From Nitrospina sp. (lineage in GTDB: Bacteria; Nitrospinota; Nitrospinia; Nitrospinales; VA-1), in NCBI GenBank assembly GCA_018673915.1, contig JABHBK010000001.1:68069-132068 (forward strand): a stretch of DNA of 64,000 nt, given 5' to 3'. The stretch's first letter is position 1. Each line of letters opens with the position of its first letter. The notes below the pieces were generated by a model. That model did no database searches. It was not told the DNA's origin and worked only from the letters and a program-made list of their open reading frames with translations. The translations under genes were made by a program, and so were the position numbers. Positions 62,507 to 64,000 of the stretch are shown here, in pieces.

Positions 62507-63520
62507 ATGGCCAATGGACTTTCAAAAATTTTGCAAGATCGGTTAGGCCTTCATCTTCTTGACTACGATATTCCAGAACACTCCAACTCCATAAAATACT
62601 CCCTGGGAGGCATGACCCTGTCGGCCTTTACTGTTCTGGTTCTCAGTGGTATTTTGCTGGCACAGTTTTTTGTGCCTGATCCGGAGCGTGCCAACCGAAG
62701 CCTGCATTATTTAGTCGACCAGGTATATTTGGGCTGGTTCCTGCGAGGCATTCATTTCTGGGCGGCAGAAGTGTTGACCGTAACTATGACTCTGCATGTG
62801 ATACGTGTGTTTTTCACTGCTTCTTATAAAAATCCTCGTGAAATAAACTGGTTGATCGGAATCGGTCTAATGTTGCTGATGGTGACTTTACTTTTTACCG
62901 GTACGGTTATTAAATGGGATCAGGAAGCCTATGAAGCGCTGGCGCATTTTCTCTGGGTGGCGGAGCAAATTGGCATTTTTGGCTTTCCACTAACTGAAGA
63001 ATTCGCGCAGGGAGTCCCACTGTTAAACCGGATTTATATGGCCCATATATCTTTGCTTCCGATCATCACTCTGTTGATGGTGGGCCTGCACCTGTTCTAC
63101 GTTAAATACCATGAGCTGTCGTCTCTGCCGGAAGCACCAGAGAAAAGTAAAAACATTCCTTTTACCCGACACATGGCTTACCTGCAAAGGGCAGGGGCCG
63201 GAGTGTTCCTGGTGATCTGCCTTTTAGCGCTCACCATTGCGCCACCTCTGGGAGAAGAACCTGTTTTGGGAATGGAAGTGACGAAACCCCCGTGGCAGTT
63301 TGTCTGGATCTTTGCTTTGGAAAACCTGTGGGTGCCATCTTTAATAGTTGCTCCTCCGTTAATCATTTTATTTTTGGCAGCCATTCCCTTTGTCGACCAA
63401 AATAAGCAACGGTACTGGAAAAAAAGACCATTTGCCATGTTGGTGCTGGTTACCTTCATCCTGCTTTTTGCTTTCCTCATTATCTGGGGTAAAGTAACCA
63501 CAATGACTCATTCGATGTAG
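62507..63520 (+). CDS. di-haem cytochrome b (b6-type spacing) with fused subunit-IV-like C-terminal half
   Basis: Start chosen at MANGLSK. Helix B reads [15 protein letters not shown] (H-x13-H) and helix D reads [16 protein letters not shown] (H-x14-H). About 8 TM helices. Confidence 0.8.
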   Translation: MANGLSKILQDRLGLHLLDYDIPEHSNSIKYSLGGMTLSAFTVLVLSGILLAQFFVPDPERANRSLHYLVDQVYLGWFLRGIHFWAAEVLTVTMTLHVIRVFFTASYKNPREINWLIGIGLMLLMVTLLFTGTVIKWDQEAYEALAHFLWVAEQIGIFGFPLTEEFAQGVPLLNRIYMAHISLLPIITLLMVGLHLFYVKYHELSSLPEAPEKSKNIPFTRHMAYLQRAGAGVFLVICLLALTIAPPLGEEPVLGMEVTKPPWQFVWIFALENLWVPSLIVAPPLIILFLAAIPFVDQNKQRYWKKRPFAMLVLVTFILLFAFLIIWGKVTTMTHSM

Positions 63521-63713
63521 CTGGCCAGCGGCCGGCGGTAAAAGGGTAATAGCCCGTTGAGCAGTCATGAATATTTGCTCGCCAGAAGGAGTTGTTGCTA
63601 TTTGCCTTCCCCTGCTAAGGGGCGCGTGAGGAGTCATCGCGGCTTAAAATAATCCTCCCCCTGACAAGGGGGATTGAGGGGGTTTAAAAATCTTTCCAAT
63701 TCGAATTGAAATT

Positions 63714-63944
63714 TTGACTAAAGCAGATTGTTGTCTTTGCGATGACGCGAAGGCAATTGTAGAACGTGTGCTCCCTGAATATCCTGCGACTCTGACTCTG
63801 ACAGATATTGAATCCGATCCTGTCTTGTTTGAATCTTATAAGGAATGCATACCGGTGGTGCGGATCAATGGCGAAGAGAGTTTTGTTTATAAGACGCACG
63901 AAACCACTTTGCGTAAAAAACTCGATAAACTTATGGAGTTATGA
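63714..63944 (+). CDS. glutaredoxin-like (DUF836) small thioredoxin-fold protein
   Basis: TKADCCLCDDAKAIV...IPVVRINGEE. TTG start, with no canonical start further upstream in frame. Confidence 0.6.
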   Translation: MTKADCCLCDDAKAIVERVLPEYPATLTLTDIESDPVLFESYKECIPVVRINGEESFVYKTHETTLRKKLDKLMEL

Positions 63945-63956
63945 AAATGGTAGAAA

Positions 63957-64000
63957 AGATAGCCCTTAGCGAAGAAGAGTTGGAAGATAAATTAAAAGAG
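63957..64000 (+). CDS. start of an unidentified CDS running off the window
   Basis: ATG after GGAG. MVEKIALSEEELEDKLKE... Only 14 codons are visible. Confidence 0.3.

Noticed and set aside
63609-63673. Two similar small hairpins, CCCCTGCTAAGGGG and TCCCCCTGACAAGGGGGA, after the cytochrome b gene
   Set aside because: The stems are short (5-7 bp) with no U-tract, and there are only two copies (plus a related one at about 34790). That is not enough to call a REP-like family or a terminator.
63675-63713. Possible longer N-terminus for the glutaredoxin-like ORF (in-frame ...IRIEIL before the TTG)
   Set aside because: No ATG, GTG or TTG lies in frame between the stop at 63675 and 63714, so a longer form would need an ATT/ATC start. 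I kept the TTG start and only note that the first beta-strand looks truncated.
1-64000. Search for tRNA, rRNA, CRISPR arrays, integrases, transposases, inverted terminal repeats and prophage blocks
   Set aside because: I saw no T-loop GGTTCGAAT-type motifs, no regularly spaced direct repeats, and no recombinase-like ORFs. The single phage-ABA-sandwich-like gene (33331-33711) is isolated and not part of a visible mobile element.

Overview
The window is a 64-kb chromosomal segment from a Gram-negative bacterium. It is AT-leaning and relies heavily on sigma-54 and two-component regulation; the taxon cannot be fixed without a database search. I can support about 65 protein-coding genes on both strands. 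Reading by eye I found no rRNA, tRNA, CRISPR array, integrase or transposase. All domain calls rest on motifs read from the translations and on remembered family signatures, with no HMM or BLAST run.

Housekeeping genes include aldehyde dehydrogenase, mazG, hemW, era, map, bfr, fur, bioA, queD, ald and bpt.

The most interesting content is as follows:
(1) A sigma-54-driven chemosensory operon (mcp-cheA-cheW). The soluble MCP carries three Aer2-like PAS domains. The CheA carries a group-I truncated-haemoglobin domain where P2 normally sits, and no cheY, cheB or cheR is present. The operon lies directly downstream of a REC-histidine kinase and an NtrC-type activator.
(2) A second sigma-54 unit, with a CHASE kinase and an NtrC-type regulator. 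It drives a 60-aa Cys/Gly/Pro-rich ORF, an amicyanin-like cupredoxin and a cytochrome c.
(3) A Fur island with five copies of a 15-bp palindrome. These sit in front of a thioredoxin-like [2Fe-2S] protein, a DUF2325 plus pseudo-receiver pair, and a porin.
(4) An EgtD-family methyltransferase divergently paired with a haem-oxygenase-like di-iron enzyme, with no EgtB.
(5) A 4-TM protein with a haem-copper-oxidase helix-X-like histidine motif fused to two DUF1858 domains.

Several small ORFs below the 60-aa track threshold, strong hairpins, promoters and terminators are also listed.
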